Part shown: positions 42,760 to 53,769 of the stretch, in pieces
How the letters are laid out: every line of letters begins with the position of its first letter
Numbering within the stretch: the stretch's first letter is position 1
NCBI GenBank assembly: GCA_027923505.1
Contig: BROI01000006.1
Location: 1,178,001-1,237,716, forward strand
Length of the DNA: 59,716 nt
Origin: Mayamaea pseudoterrestris
Taxonomy: Eukaryota
Reading direction: 5' to 3'
The notes under the pieces: model-generated
Databases searched by the model: none
Told to the model about the DNA's origin: nothing
What the model saw: the letters and a program-made list of their open reading frames with translations, nothing else
Position numbers and translations under genes: made by a program

Positions 42760-43722
42760 ATGGTCAACGCAAAAGCCGAAGCTTTCAAGACGGAAGGAAA
42801 CACTTTCTTCAAGAACGGTCAATACGCGCAGGCGATTGAAAAGTACAAGGCTGCCACGGACATTGACCCGAGTCAGCCGGCGTACTGGAGCAACATGGCG
42901 GCTTGCTACGAGAAACTCGGCGACTACAAGAATATGGAGGAAGCCGCGCGCTCCTGCATCAAGGCGGATCGCTCCTTCATCAAGGGTTACTTTCGCCTCG
43001 CCACGGCGCAAAAGAATCTCAAGGATTTGGAAGGATGCACCAAGACGCTGGAAAGCGGACTCGCGGTAGATTCCACGAATGCTGATCTCAAGAAGATGAA
43101 GAAGGAGATTACCGAAACGCAACGAAACGAACAAGTCATTTCGTATTGCAACAAGGCCGAGGAGCAGGTTGCCAATGGAGACATTAGCGGCGCCTACAAG
43201 ACGCTGGAGCTTGCGTCTCGCCTGGACGCTGGCAATGCCAAGATTGCGGCGCTCCAAGCCAAGGTGAATCCCAAATACGAGCAAATGGAGAAAAAGCGCA
43301 AGGCTGGTCTCTCGGGAGCGGAACTGCACAAGGAAAAGGGCGACGAGTTGTACAAGAATGCGCGATTCGAGGATGCCGTTGTGGAATACACCAAGTGCAT
43401 TGACGCCAAGCCGTCGCAGGATGTTCTCATCAAGGCGCTCAGTAACCGCGCCGCCTGCAACAAGCAGATTTCTCATTTTGATGCGACGATTGAAGACTGC
43501 ACGGCGGTGCTGGAGCTTGATCCGAATAACATCAAGGCGTTGATTCGACGAGCGCAAGCCTTTGAGGGAGTGGAGCGTTACCGCTTCGCCTTGCAGGATG
43601 TCAAGGCTGTCTTGTCCAAGCCGTATTCGGAGGTTGGAAAGGTGAACTTTGACTTGTGCAATGGCATGCAGCATCGGCTTACCCGAACTGTCAACCAGCT
43701 CAAGAATATGAACTCGAGCTAA
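42760..43722 (+). CDS. TPR co-chaperone-like protein (STI1/HOP-type clamps)
   Basis: AEAFKTEGNTFFKNGQY..AIEKY, WSNMAAC, KEKGDELYK, SNRAAC and KALIRRAQAFE. Confidence 0.85.
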   Translation: MVNAKAEAFKTEGNTFFKNGQYAQAIEKYKAATDIDPSQPAYWSNMAACYEKLGDYKNMEEAARSCIKADRSFIKGYFRLATAQKNLKDLEGCTKTLESGLAVDSTNADLKKMKKEITETQRNEQVISYCNKAEEQVANGDISGAYKTLELASRLDAGNAKIAALQAKVNPKYEQMEKKRKAGLSGAELHKEKGDELYKNARFEDAVVEYTKCIDAKPSQDVLIKALSNRAACNKQISHFDATIEDCTAVLELDPNNIKALIRRAQAFEGVERYRFALQDVKAVLSKPYSEVGKVNFDLCNGMQHRLTRTVNQLKNMNSS

Positions 43723-44513
43723 TTGTTTGGTATCAAGAAACAAGATGGCGTCTTGGTCGTTCTTGGCGCAAAAGTGGAGTGGACAATGGTTTGGGTGAAC
43801 GGCGGCGATAAGTGGCATTCAAACGTAATATAAAATAATATGGCGGCCTAATACAATACTACGGCAGTGTACGATTTCTCTACTGATAGTCTTCAAAAGT
43901 AACTACAGTAACGGAAGATGTTTGGTTAATCAAAAAGATGATGCGAAAGGCTCTTCCATTAATTAAGCTATCGGTAGATGTTGGAATGATCGAAAGGTTG
44001 CCATCTACTTTGCCGCACGATTGGCTCATCACAGCTTTGGGCAACTCATCTAATACCGACAGACGCAAAACTATATTAAAAATGATTACTGTCGCCTGTA
44101 GCTACCGTAGCTATGATGGAGCCATGATTGCTCCAAAAAGCCTAATTCATCATCGTACAAGTACGAACCTGTTCCATGTGTTGGGTCCGTCATCTTGGTT
44201 TCGCCAATTTGCTCGCGCCCGGGCTGTACGATTGACCGTCGCTTCGGTACACAAAAGCGACACTGGCCTAGAGTGTAGACCCGAGTGACGCGGGGCCATT
44301 GCCTCGCTGGACACGTCATTTTCGTAAGGCCAAAAAGGTCGGCACCCTCGTTGCGAACAAGATGATGGCGCACACAATCTCTAGCTTCATTTGCCGCCAA
44401 ACTCTCCTTGCTAATACAAGTCATACAGTACCTACCAGCAAGTCATCCAATGTTTCATCAACATCAAGCTTAGTCATCAAGTCTATCTACATACAATCGT
44501 TGCAGCGCCGCGC

Positions 44514-45722
44514 ATGAAGACGGCAGCTCCTCCCTTTCGCGACGTGACGCCGGAAGCGAGCAACAAGCGCCTCAAGACGAACGACCATGAGGGCTGTTCG
44601 TCTTCGTCCTCGTCGCAGTCGTCAACGTCAATTTCGACTTCCTCGTCGTCATTGCCAATGAATCAGCAAATGCAAAAGCAGCCGTCATTGTCCTCTTCAT
44701 CTGCCAGCAACAATGACAGCAGCAGTACTAGCCGATACGACGACGAGCGACCCGAGCATACCGACGACAATACGTCACGCGTCAGCGAGGACGATGTCTT
44801 TAGTCCATCACCAGCAGCAGCACTACATGGCAGCAACGTCTTGACGCTCGACATTGGCGGCGAGCGCATCGTCAAAACGCTCCGCAGCACGCTCACGTGC
44901 GCGCGAAAGAGTCGCTTGGCGCAAATGTTTAGCGGTCGCTGGGAAAGTGTGCAGCCAAAAAACAAGGATGGACACTTTTTCATCGACTACAAGCCAAGCA
45001 TCTTTCTGCCGCTGCTCGACTTTTTGCGCAGCCATAGTTCCAACAGTAAGCAGCAGCAGCAATATGAATCGCAGCAGCCACCAATGACTCCATCCTTTGC
45101 GTCACCCACGGATGAAGCCTCCTTTCGCAGCATGGTGGACGCCTTTCACTTGAACAACTTGCTCTACAACTACGAAGTCTACCAACTCAAGCCCGACCGT
45201 CCCTTCTTTGGCGCCGACCGCGCCACGCTGGTGAGCAAGCAATCCTCCGTCTTGGACTACGTGATGAATTCCGAAAAGGGCGTGGCCTTTGTGCTGGACC
45301 GCCCCGTGAGCACGTCGGGCGACTGCCATGCCCGGCGCGTCCAAGCCTTTGAAGTCACCTTTCTCATGGATTCTGGCATCAAGATTGGTTGGACGCGGCG
45401 TGACATTTACCGCACGCAACCAATCAACGGCATGGGCAAGAGCATTTCCATCGACTCGCGACTGGCGCTGCCCGGCATGCATCACTTTTCGAATACCAGT
45501 GTCATTCGCTGCAGCAAGGATATTTATACGGGGGTCTTGACGTGGTATGTCAACGGCAAGGAGCTGGTGAGCACGTCGCACAACTTGAAGGATGGGGCCA
45601 ACAAGATTGACGACGTTGTCTACGTTGCCTCTGGGATTGCCAGTGACAGTGAGCTGATACCGCTGGTCGTGCCGGCCAAGGGTAGTGCGTGTCGGTTTTC
45701 GGCAATCGAGTTGGAGCCGTAA
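44514..45722 (+). CDS. BTB/POZ (KCTD-type) domain protein
   Basis: LTLDIGGE..KTLRSTLT...SRLAQMFSGRW....DGHFFID..P.IF..LLDFLR. Beta-rich C-terminal part. Confidence 0.8.
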   Translation: MKTAAPPFRDVTPEASNKRLKTNDHEGCSSSSSSQSSTSISTSSSSLPMNQQMQKQPSLSSSSASNNDSSSTSRYDDERPEHTDDNTSRVSEDDVFSPSPAAALHGSNVLTLDIGGERIVKTLRSTLTCARKSRLAQMFSGRWESVQPKNKDGHFFIDYKPSIFLPLLDFLRSHSSNSKQQQQYESQQPPMTPSFASPTDEASFRSMVDAFHLNNLLYNYEVYQLKPDRPFFGADRATLVSKQSSVLDYVMNSEKGVAFVLDRPVSTSGDCHARRVQAFEVTFLMDSGIKIGWTRRDIYRTQPINGMGKSISIDSRLALPGMHHFSNTSVIRCSKDIYTGVLTWYVNGKELVSTSHNLKDGANKIDDVVYVASGIASDSELIPLVVPAKGSACRFSAIELEP

Positions 45723-46221
45723 GTGATAATATGGTTTATACGTTAATTTGAATCATGAGAATATATATATTTGGTGACTTGCATCCTTTCAACGACCGAT
45801 ACTGTACCGGTACTATCTTGAGCAAACGAGCATCGTTGGTCAGATGCATGTAGCTAGGCCCCCGCATCGTACCGGTACCACCGATTGACGTCATTGGGTC
45901 ATGAGCTTCGCGGTTGCCGCGCCTCTGACGGAACATCCATCCGTCGTCGTTCGACCATGCGCGCAGTCGAGGCCGTTCCTCGTCGTCGAAACAAGTTTGC
46001 TCCACAGCTGGACAGGAAGGAGTTACAGACATAAGAGACCAAGAATTAACAACAACAGACAAGTGACGCTATTCAAATTTGCTGCAGTCAGCGGAGTCGT
46101 TCTTCGCTTTCTTTTGAATCCACCTCAAACTTGACCAAGCCCGAGACCCGAGTTCTTTTTCCAACTCGTCTACCGTACACTCGTCAAATCTCGCATATAT
46201 AACCAATAACTCAATAACATC

Positions 46222-46929
46222 ATGCCCCGCCAATCCGGCATGGCCGATCGCGAGCCCTGCCCCTGGCGCATCGTGGACGACGTGGGCGGCGCCTTTTGCA
46301 TGGGCGCCATTGGCGGAGGCATTTGGCACACGGTCAAAGGCGCCCGCATGGCTCCGAGCGGCGCGCGACTACTGGGATCATTGACGGCCGTGCAGGCAAG
46401 AAGTCCAGTGCTCGGAGGACAGTTTGCAGTGTGGGGAGGCTTGTTTGCGTGTTGTGACTGTACGTTAACGTCGATTCGGCAAAAGGAGGATCCCTGGAAC
46501 AGCATCATGAGTGGAGCAGCGACAGGAGGAGTCTTGGCGGCGCGAGCGGGTCCGAGGGCCATGGCGAGTGCAGCTGTCGTTGGTGGAGTCTTGCTGGCGC
46601 TCATTGAAGGCATGGGTATCATGTTTAGTCGCATGATGGCCATGCCGCCGCCGACGGCCGAAGACTATGAAAAGGCCATGCGGCAGGATGTCACGGCGCC
46701 TCCAACGGCGGGTGGATTGTTTCCGTCTGGATTTGGCGGCGGATTGGGTCGTCGATCGACTAGTCCATCCGTGGATGCGTCTGCTCCACCCGATGCAGCA
46801 GCAGCTCCGCAGTTCAACGAACCGTACATGGAAACGGATGGCACGACAACCTTTATGCGAGAGCCAACACAGACGGGACAATCAGAATCGAATAACTCGA
46901 GCTGGTGGCCGTTTGGAGGTAGAAAGTAA
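46222..46929 (+). CDS. TIM17: Mitochondrial import inner membrane translocase subunit Tim17
   Basis: REPCPWRIVDDVGGAFCMGAIGG, FAVWGGLF, RQKEDPWNSIMSGAATGG and LLALIEG. Confidence 0.95.
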   Translation: MPRQSGMADREPCPWRIVDDVGGAFCMGAIGGGIWHTVKGARMAPSGARLLGSLTAVQARSPVLGGQFAVWGGLFACCDCTLTSIRQKEDPWNSIMSGAATGGVLAARAGPRAMASAAVVGGVLLALIEGMGIMFSRMMAMPPPTAEDYEKAMRQDVTAPPTAGGLFPSGFGGGLGRRSTSPSVDASAPPDAAAAPQFNEPYMETDGTTTFMREPTQTGQSESNNSSWWPFGGRK

Positions 46930-46991
46930 AACAATTTAAAAAGATTGTTGTTAATAGAAATGATGAAACAAATTAAACAGTAAATGATTGT

Positions 46992-47996
46992 CTAGTTTTG
47001 CGTGGCAGGCTCCGTCGCTGCCCCAGCAAGTAGGGCGAGTGCATCATGCGCCACGTTTGGATCAGTGGATTGGTTCAAGTCGCCAATCGGAGAAAAACTA
47101 TGGTCGTGATCGTGCTCGTCGTGGTGCAAATGCTCGTGCTGCTGGTCTTCCGAAAGATGCTGCGGCAGCTGCACTCTTTGTTTCTTGGCAGCGGGTTCAG
47201 CAGCTGCAGCGTCGTTATGATCGCTTGGTAGTTGCGACGGCTGGTTTATGTCTATGTTCAGACTGCTGCTGCTCGCATCATGACTTGCATTCGCCGCCGC
47301 CGCACCATTGACTCGTAGCTCCGGCTCCTCCACGTCAAACTCTCCCTCACCATTCTCCTCGTCGACCAACTCGACTTCCACCTCATGATCCGCCTTGGTG
47401 ATTGGCAAATCAAAGCCAATCTCCCGCAACCGACGCATGCGACTCTCCCACGGCGTTGGCTTGTGGCTAACATGCAAGTAGGTGCGGTAGTATTGTCGCT
47501 GGGCCTGCAACCAAAGAAACAGATTCTTCGTGCCAACCATGTAGTTTCTTGGAACGTTCAAACTATTGTGATTCTTGGCTTTATAGTCAAGCAAGCCTTG
47601 ATACATCATGTCCCACTGCTTGGAGTACGACTTGCTTCGATTCTGGCGATCATGTTCGATTGAAACTAATGATGGCAACGGCTCTTGATAGCCATGGAGA
47701 CTCAAGTATCGTCCATTGACGGTCAAGTCGAATCCAATGTCACGAAACCGTGCGATCCGTGCCGCACTCAAGCATGGCCACAGCTTTGGCTGCTTGAGAG
47801 AGTTGCGATAGCCTTCTCGCTGCTTGCGCATCCAGTCATATAGACACTTGTTGGAGTGCTTGTAGTTGCGAGGAACGTCAAAGTTGCCGTGCTGCTCTCG
47901 ATAGAGAACGAGGCCGGAAAACATGGTTTCCCATGCTTGGTCCCGTTTCGAGACTTTCTTGGTATTATGATTGCTACTATTGCTGCGGCTAGCCAT
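46992..47996 (-). CDS. Helicase-associated (HA) domain protein with two HA repeats
   Basis: WETMFSGLVLYREQHGNFDVP..LYDWMRKQR..IGF and WDMMYQGLLDYK...NVP..LFLWLQAQR..LREIGF. First ATG at 47996. Confidence 0.8.
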   Translation of the reverse strand: MASRSNSSNHNTKKVSKRDQAWETMFSGLVLYREQHGNFDVPRNYKHSNKCLYDWMRKQREGYRNSLKQPKLWPCLSAARIARFRDIGFDLTVNGRYLSLHGYQEPLPSLVSIEHDRQNRSKSYSKQWDMMYQGLLDYKAKNHNSLNVPRNYMVGTKNLFLWLQAQRQYYRTYLHVSHKPTPWESRMRRLREIGFDLPITKADHEVEVELVDEENGEGEFDVEEPELRVNGAAAANASHDASSSSLNIDINQPSQLPSDHNDAAAAEPAAKKQRVQLPQHLSEDQQHEHLHHDEHDHDHSFSPIGDLNQSTDPNVAHDALALLAGAATEPATQN

Positions 47997-48212
47997 GATG
48001 GTTTTATATGTAGTAAAAGAGTAAGACGAGCGACTCGCAATTAAGCTGCTGACGAAAATGGCCGCAAGTTCCCAAGCCACTCGTCGAAACGTCACTTCGA
48101 CATGCCGAAACGTCACTTCCGCGCCAGCCGGACATGGCGTTTGGCGATGCTCGTAAGTTCATTGCCGTGCCACAGAGGAGGCCTTTGATCGTCTTGAGCA
48201 GCAAGCCCATGA

Positions 48213-49357
48213 CTGGCAGTTGACAGGCATTGTTTCATGATGTCAAATGTGCAATGCATTCATCACTAGTTCATGAAGTCTCCAAGTTCTGTGACAGGGA
48301 CTGCCAGAATTTCGTGTCCCTAGGCTTGTCCACAGTAGCTGGCTGCCATTACCCACTCCAATGGCCAGAGAGGTATCAATTGATAGCTGGCAGTTGACAG
48401 GCATTATTTCATGATGTAGAAAGTGCAATGCATTCATCACTAGCCCATCTAGTCTCCAAGTTCTGCGACAGGGACTGCCAGAATTTTGTGTCCCTAGGCT
48501 TGTCCACAGTAGCTGGCTGCCATAACCCACTCCAGCGGCCAGAGAGGTATCAATTGATAGGTGGCAGTTGACAGGCATTGTTTCATGATAACAAAAGTGC
48601 AATGCATTCATCACTAGTCCATGATGTCTCCAAGTTCTGTGACAGGGACTGCCCGAATTTCGTTGCCCCAGGCTTGTCCGCAGTAGCTGGCTGCCATGAC
48701 CCACTCCAATGGCCAGAGAGGTACAAATTGATAGCTGGCAGTTGACAGGCATTGTTTCAGAATGTAGAAAATGTGATGCATTCTTCACTAGACCATGCAG
48801 TCTCCAAGTTCTGCAACAGGGACTGCCGGAATTTCATGTCCCCAGACTTGTCCTCAGTAGCTAACTGCCATAACCCACTCCAACAGCCAGAGTGGTGTCA
48901 ATTGATAGCTGGCAATTGACAGGCATTGTTTCATGATGTCAGAAGTGCAATGCATTCATCAATAGCCCATGTAGTCTCCAAGTTCTGTGACAGGGACTGC
49001 CAGACATGTCCCCAGGCTTGTCCACAGCAGCTTGCTGCCATAACCCAGTCCAACAGCCAGAGAGGTGTCAATTGTTAGCTGGCAGTTCACAGACATTGTT
49101 TCTTGATATCAAAAGTGCAATGCATTCATTCACCATTGCCCATGTAGTCTCTAAGTTCTGCCAGTAGGACCGCCTGAATTTCGTGGCTCCAGGCTTGTCC
49201 ACAGTAGCTCACTGCCATAACCGAGTCCAACAGCCAGAGAAGTATTAATTGATAGCTGGCAATTGACAAGCATTGTTTCATGATGTCAAAAGTGCGATGC
49301 ATGCATCACTAGCCCATGAAGTCTCCAAGTCCCATAACACTGCCAGCATTTCATGTC
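48213..49357. repeat. 174-bp satellite array, left block (~6.5 units)
   Basis: The CTGGCAGTTGACAGG anchor (or a close variant) recurs at 48213, 48387, 48561, 48735, 48909, 49079 and 49256. Confidence 0.95.
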
Positions 49358-50685
49358 CAGAACTTGTTGGCAGTGCAACTCAAGTGGCACTTCAGACTGC
49401 CAGATTGGCCTGCCAATCCTGGAAAACAAAGCTCATGGTGTTTGTAATTGATTAGAATGCAAAGGCTTGTCATTTCAGGTGTGAAACCCTTCCCCCTGCC
49501 GCGAGACTCCGCACATTCAACCATTGGTTGGATGTGCCAGCAAGTCATCCTTTCTGGCTACAGGGACCATCAGTACAGCCTTCTGAGCCCTTCAATCCTT
49601 CTCCATTCATGTTTGTTGTCATGACGGGCCAATGCTTTGGTCAGCTGCACCCATTCCAGTCTTGGGTCATGTAGTATGCCATGGTGAGACTCAGCAGATC
49701 CAAGAACTTGTTGGCAGTGCAACTCAAGTGGCACTTCAGACTGCCAGAATGGCCTGCCAATCCTGGAAAACAAAGCTCATGGTGTTTGTAATTGATTAGA
49801 ATGCAAAGGCTTGTCATTTCAGGTGTGGAACCCTTCCCCCTGCCATGAGACTCCGCACGTTCAACCGTTGGTTGGATGTGCCAGCAAGTCATCCTTTCTG
49901 GCTACAGGGACCATCAGAACAGCCTTCTGAGCCCTTCAATCCTTCTCCATTCATGTTTGTTGTCATGACGGGCCAATGCTTTGGTCAGCTGCACCCATTC
50001 CAGTCTTGGGTCATGTAGTATGCCATGGTGTGACTCAGCAGATCCAAGAACTTGTTGGCAGTGCAACTCAAGTGGCACTTCAGACTGCCAAAATGGCCTG
50101 CCAAAGCTGGAAAACAAAGCTCATGGTGTTTGTAATTGAAAAGAATGCAAAGGCTTGTCATTTCAGGTGTGGAACCCTTTCCCCTGCCGCGAGACTCTGC
50201 ACACTCAACCATCGGTTGGATGTGCCAGCAAGTCACCCTTTTTGGCTACAGGGATCATCAGTATAGCCTTCTGAGCCCTTCAATCCTTCTCCATTCATGT
50301 TTGTTGTCATGACGGGCCAATGCTTTGGTCAGCTGCACCCATTCCAGTCTCGGGTCATGTAGTATGCCATGGTGAGACTCAGCAGCTCCAAGAACTTGTT
50401 GGCAGTGCAACTCAATTGGCCCTTCAGACTGCCAGAATGGCCTGCCAATCGTGGAAAACAAAGCTCATGGTGTTTGTAATTGATTAGAATGCAAAGGCTT
50501 GTCATTTCAGGTGTGGAACCCTTTCCCCTGCCGTGAGACTCCGCACATTCAACCAATGGTTGGATGTGCCAGCAAGTCACCCTTTCTGGCTACAGGGATC
50601 ATCACTACAGCCTTCTGAGAACTTGAATCCTTCTCCATTCATGTTTGTTGTCATGACGGGCTAATGCTTTGGTCAGCTGCACCCA
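49358..50685. repeat. 344-bp tandem repeat (~3.9 units)
   Basis: AACTTGTTGGCAGTGCAACTC recurs at 49361, 49705, 50049 and 50393. Confidence 0.95.
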
Positions 50686-51197
50686 TGCTTGGACTCAGAT
50701 CTCGTTGACGGATCCGTGTTGACTAAAATGCTTTGCGACCCTCTAAAGATGCTACGGTGTAACAGCTTTGTTATTTCGGAGAGTGAGCTTGTTTGCTCGA
50801 ATGTTAAAATCTAGTCGTGCGTAATTAGTTCCATCTGATTGTCGGACCCGAATGTTCGGGAGAGCTCGTGTACATCAGGCCTTTCATAGCTGCATCTCGG
50901 CAGATGGAGGTTCCTGCTTGTTCCCTCGCTGTAGGTGCCTGGTACTCGGCTACGGTTCGAATCTCCGTTCTTCCGGGCATTCTCCTTATCGAATCAGGCC
51001 GTAAGTTTGTTCTCCTTATTTCTGGTGAAATGCGACCTCTAACATCCGGGGTCTCCTCCGGGTCTGAATCAGGGTCATAGTATCTTTCGGATCGTTCTCC
51101 TTTTACGTCATGTGTTAGGGTTGTGATGATGTCAGGTTGTTTGTCAGTTAGGCTTCTCAAACCTGAAGTGAAGGTCGCCACAAACGAGGCTTCAGCA
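50686..51197 (-). repeat. 3' LTR (512 bp)
   Basis: On the minus strand it begins TGCTGAAG immediately after the polypurine tract and ends AAGCA at the TSD. Confidence 0.85.
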
Positions 51198-53769
51198 CCC
51201 TTCCCGTTGGGGAGGATGGACTCAGGCATGTATTCGTCCTCTCCAACCAGTACTCGTGCGTGGCGGTTGAAGGTAACTTGGTCCAGGTTCTTGGTGAAGA
51301 TGTCTGCAGTGTTTAAGTTGGTTTCAATCCAATTCACTCGTATGATGCCTGCTTCCTTGAGCTCTCGGATGAAATTGTGGCGTACGTCTGCGTGTCTTGT
51401 TCTTCCGCCTGTCTTCCAAGTGTTGGCAATATCGACTGCTCCGCTATTGTCGATCTCCAGAATCATTGGCAACTCCACTTGTAAACCAATTGATTCGAGT
51501 AGGTTCTTGACGTGAAGCATATCTTGGGCGGTCTCAGTTCCTGCGGCCATTTCGGCTTCCGTTACGGAGAGCGATATGAGCTTTTGAAGATGGCATATCT
51601 CGGAGACAGGGACGTCTTCTACAAAGGTGATGCCTCCTGTTTGGCTGCGGCGCTTCTCGGGGTCTTTTGCGTAATCCGAATCACTCATGCCTCGAATGCG
51701 GAATAGATGGTTGGGACCTTGGTACTTTCGTGTTGGTAGGAACAGTCTTCCTCTATTTGGTGTTGATAGTAGATATCTCATTGTGCGTTTTGTTTCTGCC
51801 ATGTGTGTCTTGCCTGCTTGTTTCATATAGCGGCAGTTGGCATTGATGGCGTATTGGGCCTCGGGTCTTGACCATCGTCCGAGGTATAAAAGCTTGCCGT
51901 TTGCCGAACGGAAGATCGTTTGCTGTCGGTTGCTTAGTTCTTCGTCTTCGTCGAGTTTTGGTAGGATGCTGCCAGGTAGTGCGGGCAGTCTTGGTTCTTT
52001 TCCTTTTGTTGGTATGTCGAATTCGTCTTTCAAGCTTTGAAGTAGGACTGGTTGCGTCCATCGTTGGTAGTTGTCGCCTATTTCGACTTTACAACCGATG
52101 TACTCCTTTATCGGTCCGCAATCTTCACATGCGAAATGGTCTTTCAGTTCTGTCTTCGTGGCTTTGATGAGGTCGTCTGGTCCGCTGATGTACAAGTCGT
52201 CGATCCATGACACGATTAGGATTAGTTGCCCTTTGACCCACTTGAAATATAGGCACGGGTCGGCAACGCTTCTTGCGTATCCCATCTTGCGGAGTGCTGA
52301 CAACAGCTTGTCCCAGAATGCTCTTGCGGCTTGTTTCGTTCCATATAGTGTGCGGACGAGTCTCCAAACATGTCCGGGCGGGTAGTGCTCGCGAAAGCCT
52401 TCTGGAATCTCCATGTAGACGTGGTGGTCGTCGTCAAATGTGCCGTATAGGAAGGCTCCACTGATGTCGACTATATGCGGAACGCATCCTGTCATTACTG
52501 AGATTGTTGTGATGAGCTTTATTGTGGTTGGCGAAGCGACTGGCGACGAAATTGATTGACTGTCGTAATGTTCGCCGTCGCGTTGTTGGAAACCTCGTGC
52601 TGTTATTCTTGCTTTGTAGGTTCCGTCAGATTTCTTTCGCAATACCCACTTGCTTGTCAATAGTGCGGCGTCTCTTGGTACTTGACTGCGCGGAACAGCG
52701 ATAGCCACTTCTCGGCTTTCCAAATTCTTGCGCTCTTTTTCTATCGCTTTGAACCAGTGTTCGCGCTCGGGACCATTGACGGCGTCTTTGAATTTTACTG
52801 CGTGTAGTTCGTCGGTGGTGACAAATCCTCCGCCAATGCCTGCTCCTACGAAAGCATACTCAACAGTGTCAGGTGTGTCGTCGCTGAAGATGTCTTCTAT
52901 GTGCTTGTCAAAGGCGTCGGTTGGAGTTGTTGCGGTGGGTGTTGCTTGATATGCTGGAAATGCGTACTCGAAGTTTGAATCAGTCGGTAGGCATGGAGGA
53001 ACACTGCGTTCGTCGATTATGACTCGAATACTTGTTGGTACATCGTTGAAGATGAGGTTGCGTAGTAATGCTGGGTCCTCATGGTCGAGCATAAATTCCT
53101 TGTGCTTTGATTGAGCGGACCTGTTTGGTTGTTCGAGTTCGTTCTGGTTGTATCCGTTGTCGATTTCAAGATGACTGTTGAGGTGCAATTTATTTTCGGC
53201 TTGATCTTCTGCTCCACTCGGTTCTGGGCATGTTGCTATTATTTCAATAGATGACTCTTCTGTGTCGGTCGTACCCTTCCCGAGTTCTTGGCTTGGAGCT
53301 TTGCCGCTATCAACGTTCGATGCTCGGGTGGTTGTAACAGTTTCGACGTCGATTGACGAGAGAGGTGCGCTTCGTTGGGCGGATGATGCGCTCTCATTGT
53401 CGTACTGGCTGTCGAATTCGTCGTCGTTTGTGTGGGCTGTCGTTAACCATGATGGCATTTGGATTCTTCCATCGTTTTCACTGCTCGAATAATATGCTAT
53501 AACTTCGTCTTGTTCTTCCAGAGTCAATTGCTGGAACTCATCGTTGGTTAAATGAAGCAAAGCGTTGTCGTCGCTTGAGCTGTCGTCGCTATTGTAGTCA
53601 CTGCAAGTTGAGTTGAATGACTCGCTTATGCTTCGAATGCTTCGTTCGCTAACGATTGATCGACTTGTCGATGATTCAGAGTAATTCGTGTATCTGCATG
53701 TGCCGTAACTGTTGCGTTCGTCGGCTGATTTACTTGTTGTACGTGAATAAGTTGATGCCGTTGGATGCC
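50825..53769 (-). CDS. Truncated copia pol: linker, reverse transcriptase and RNase H (no gag, protease or integrase visible)
   Basis: KWVLRKKSDGTYKARITARGFQQ, VDISGAFLYG, LYGTKQAAR, WIDD catalytic motif, SDSDYA, SVTEAE, IDNSGAV, HADVRHNFIRE and ADIFTKNL. Confidence 0.92.

Noticed and set aside
42742..43818. 358-aa ORF antisense to the TPR gene (similar cases at 27512-28435 and 18629-19435)
   Set aside because: Shadow ORFs caused by codon bias on the real strand, with no recognisable motifs.
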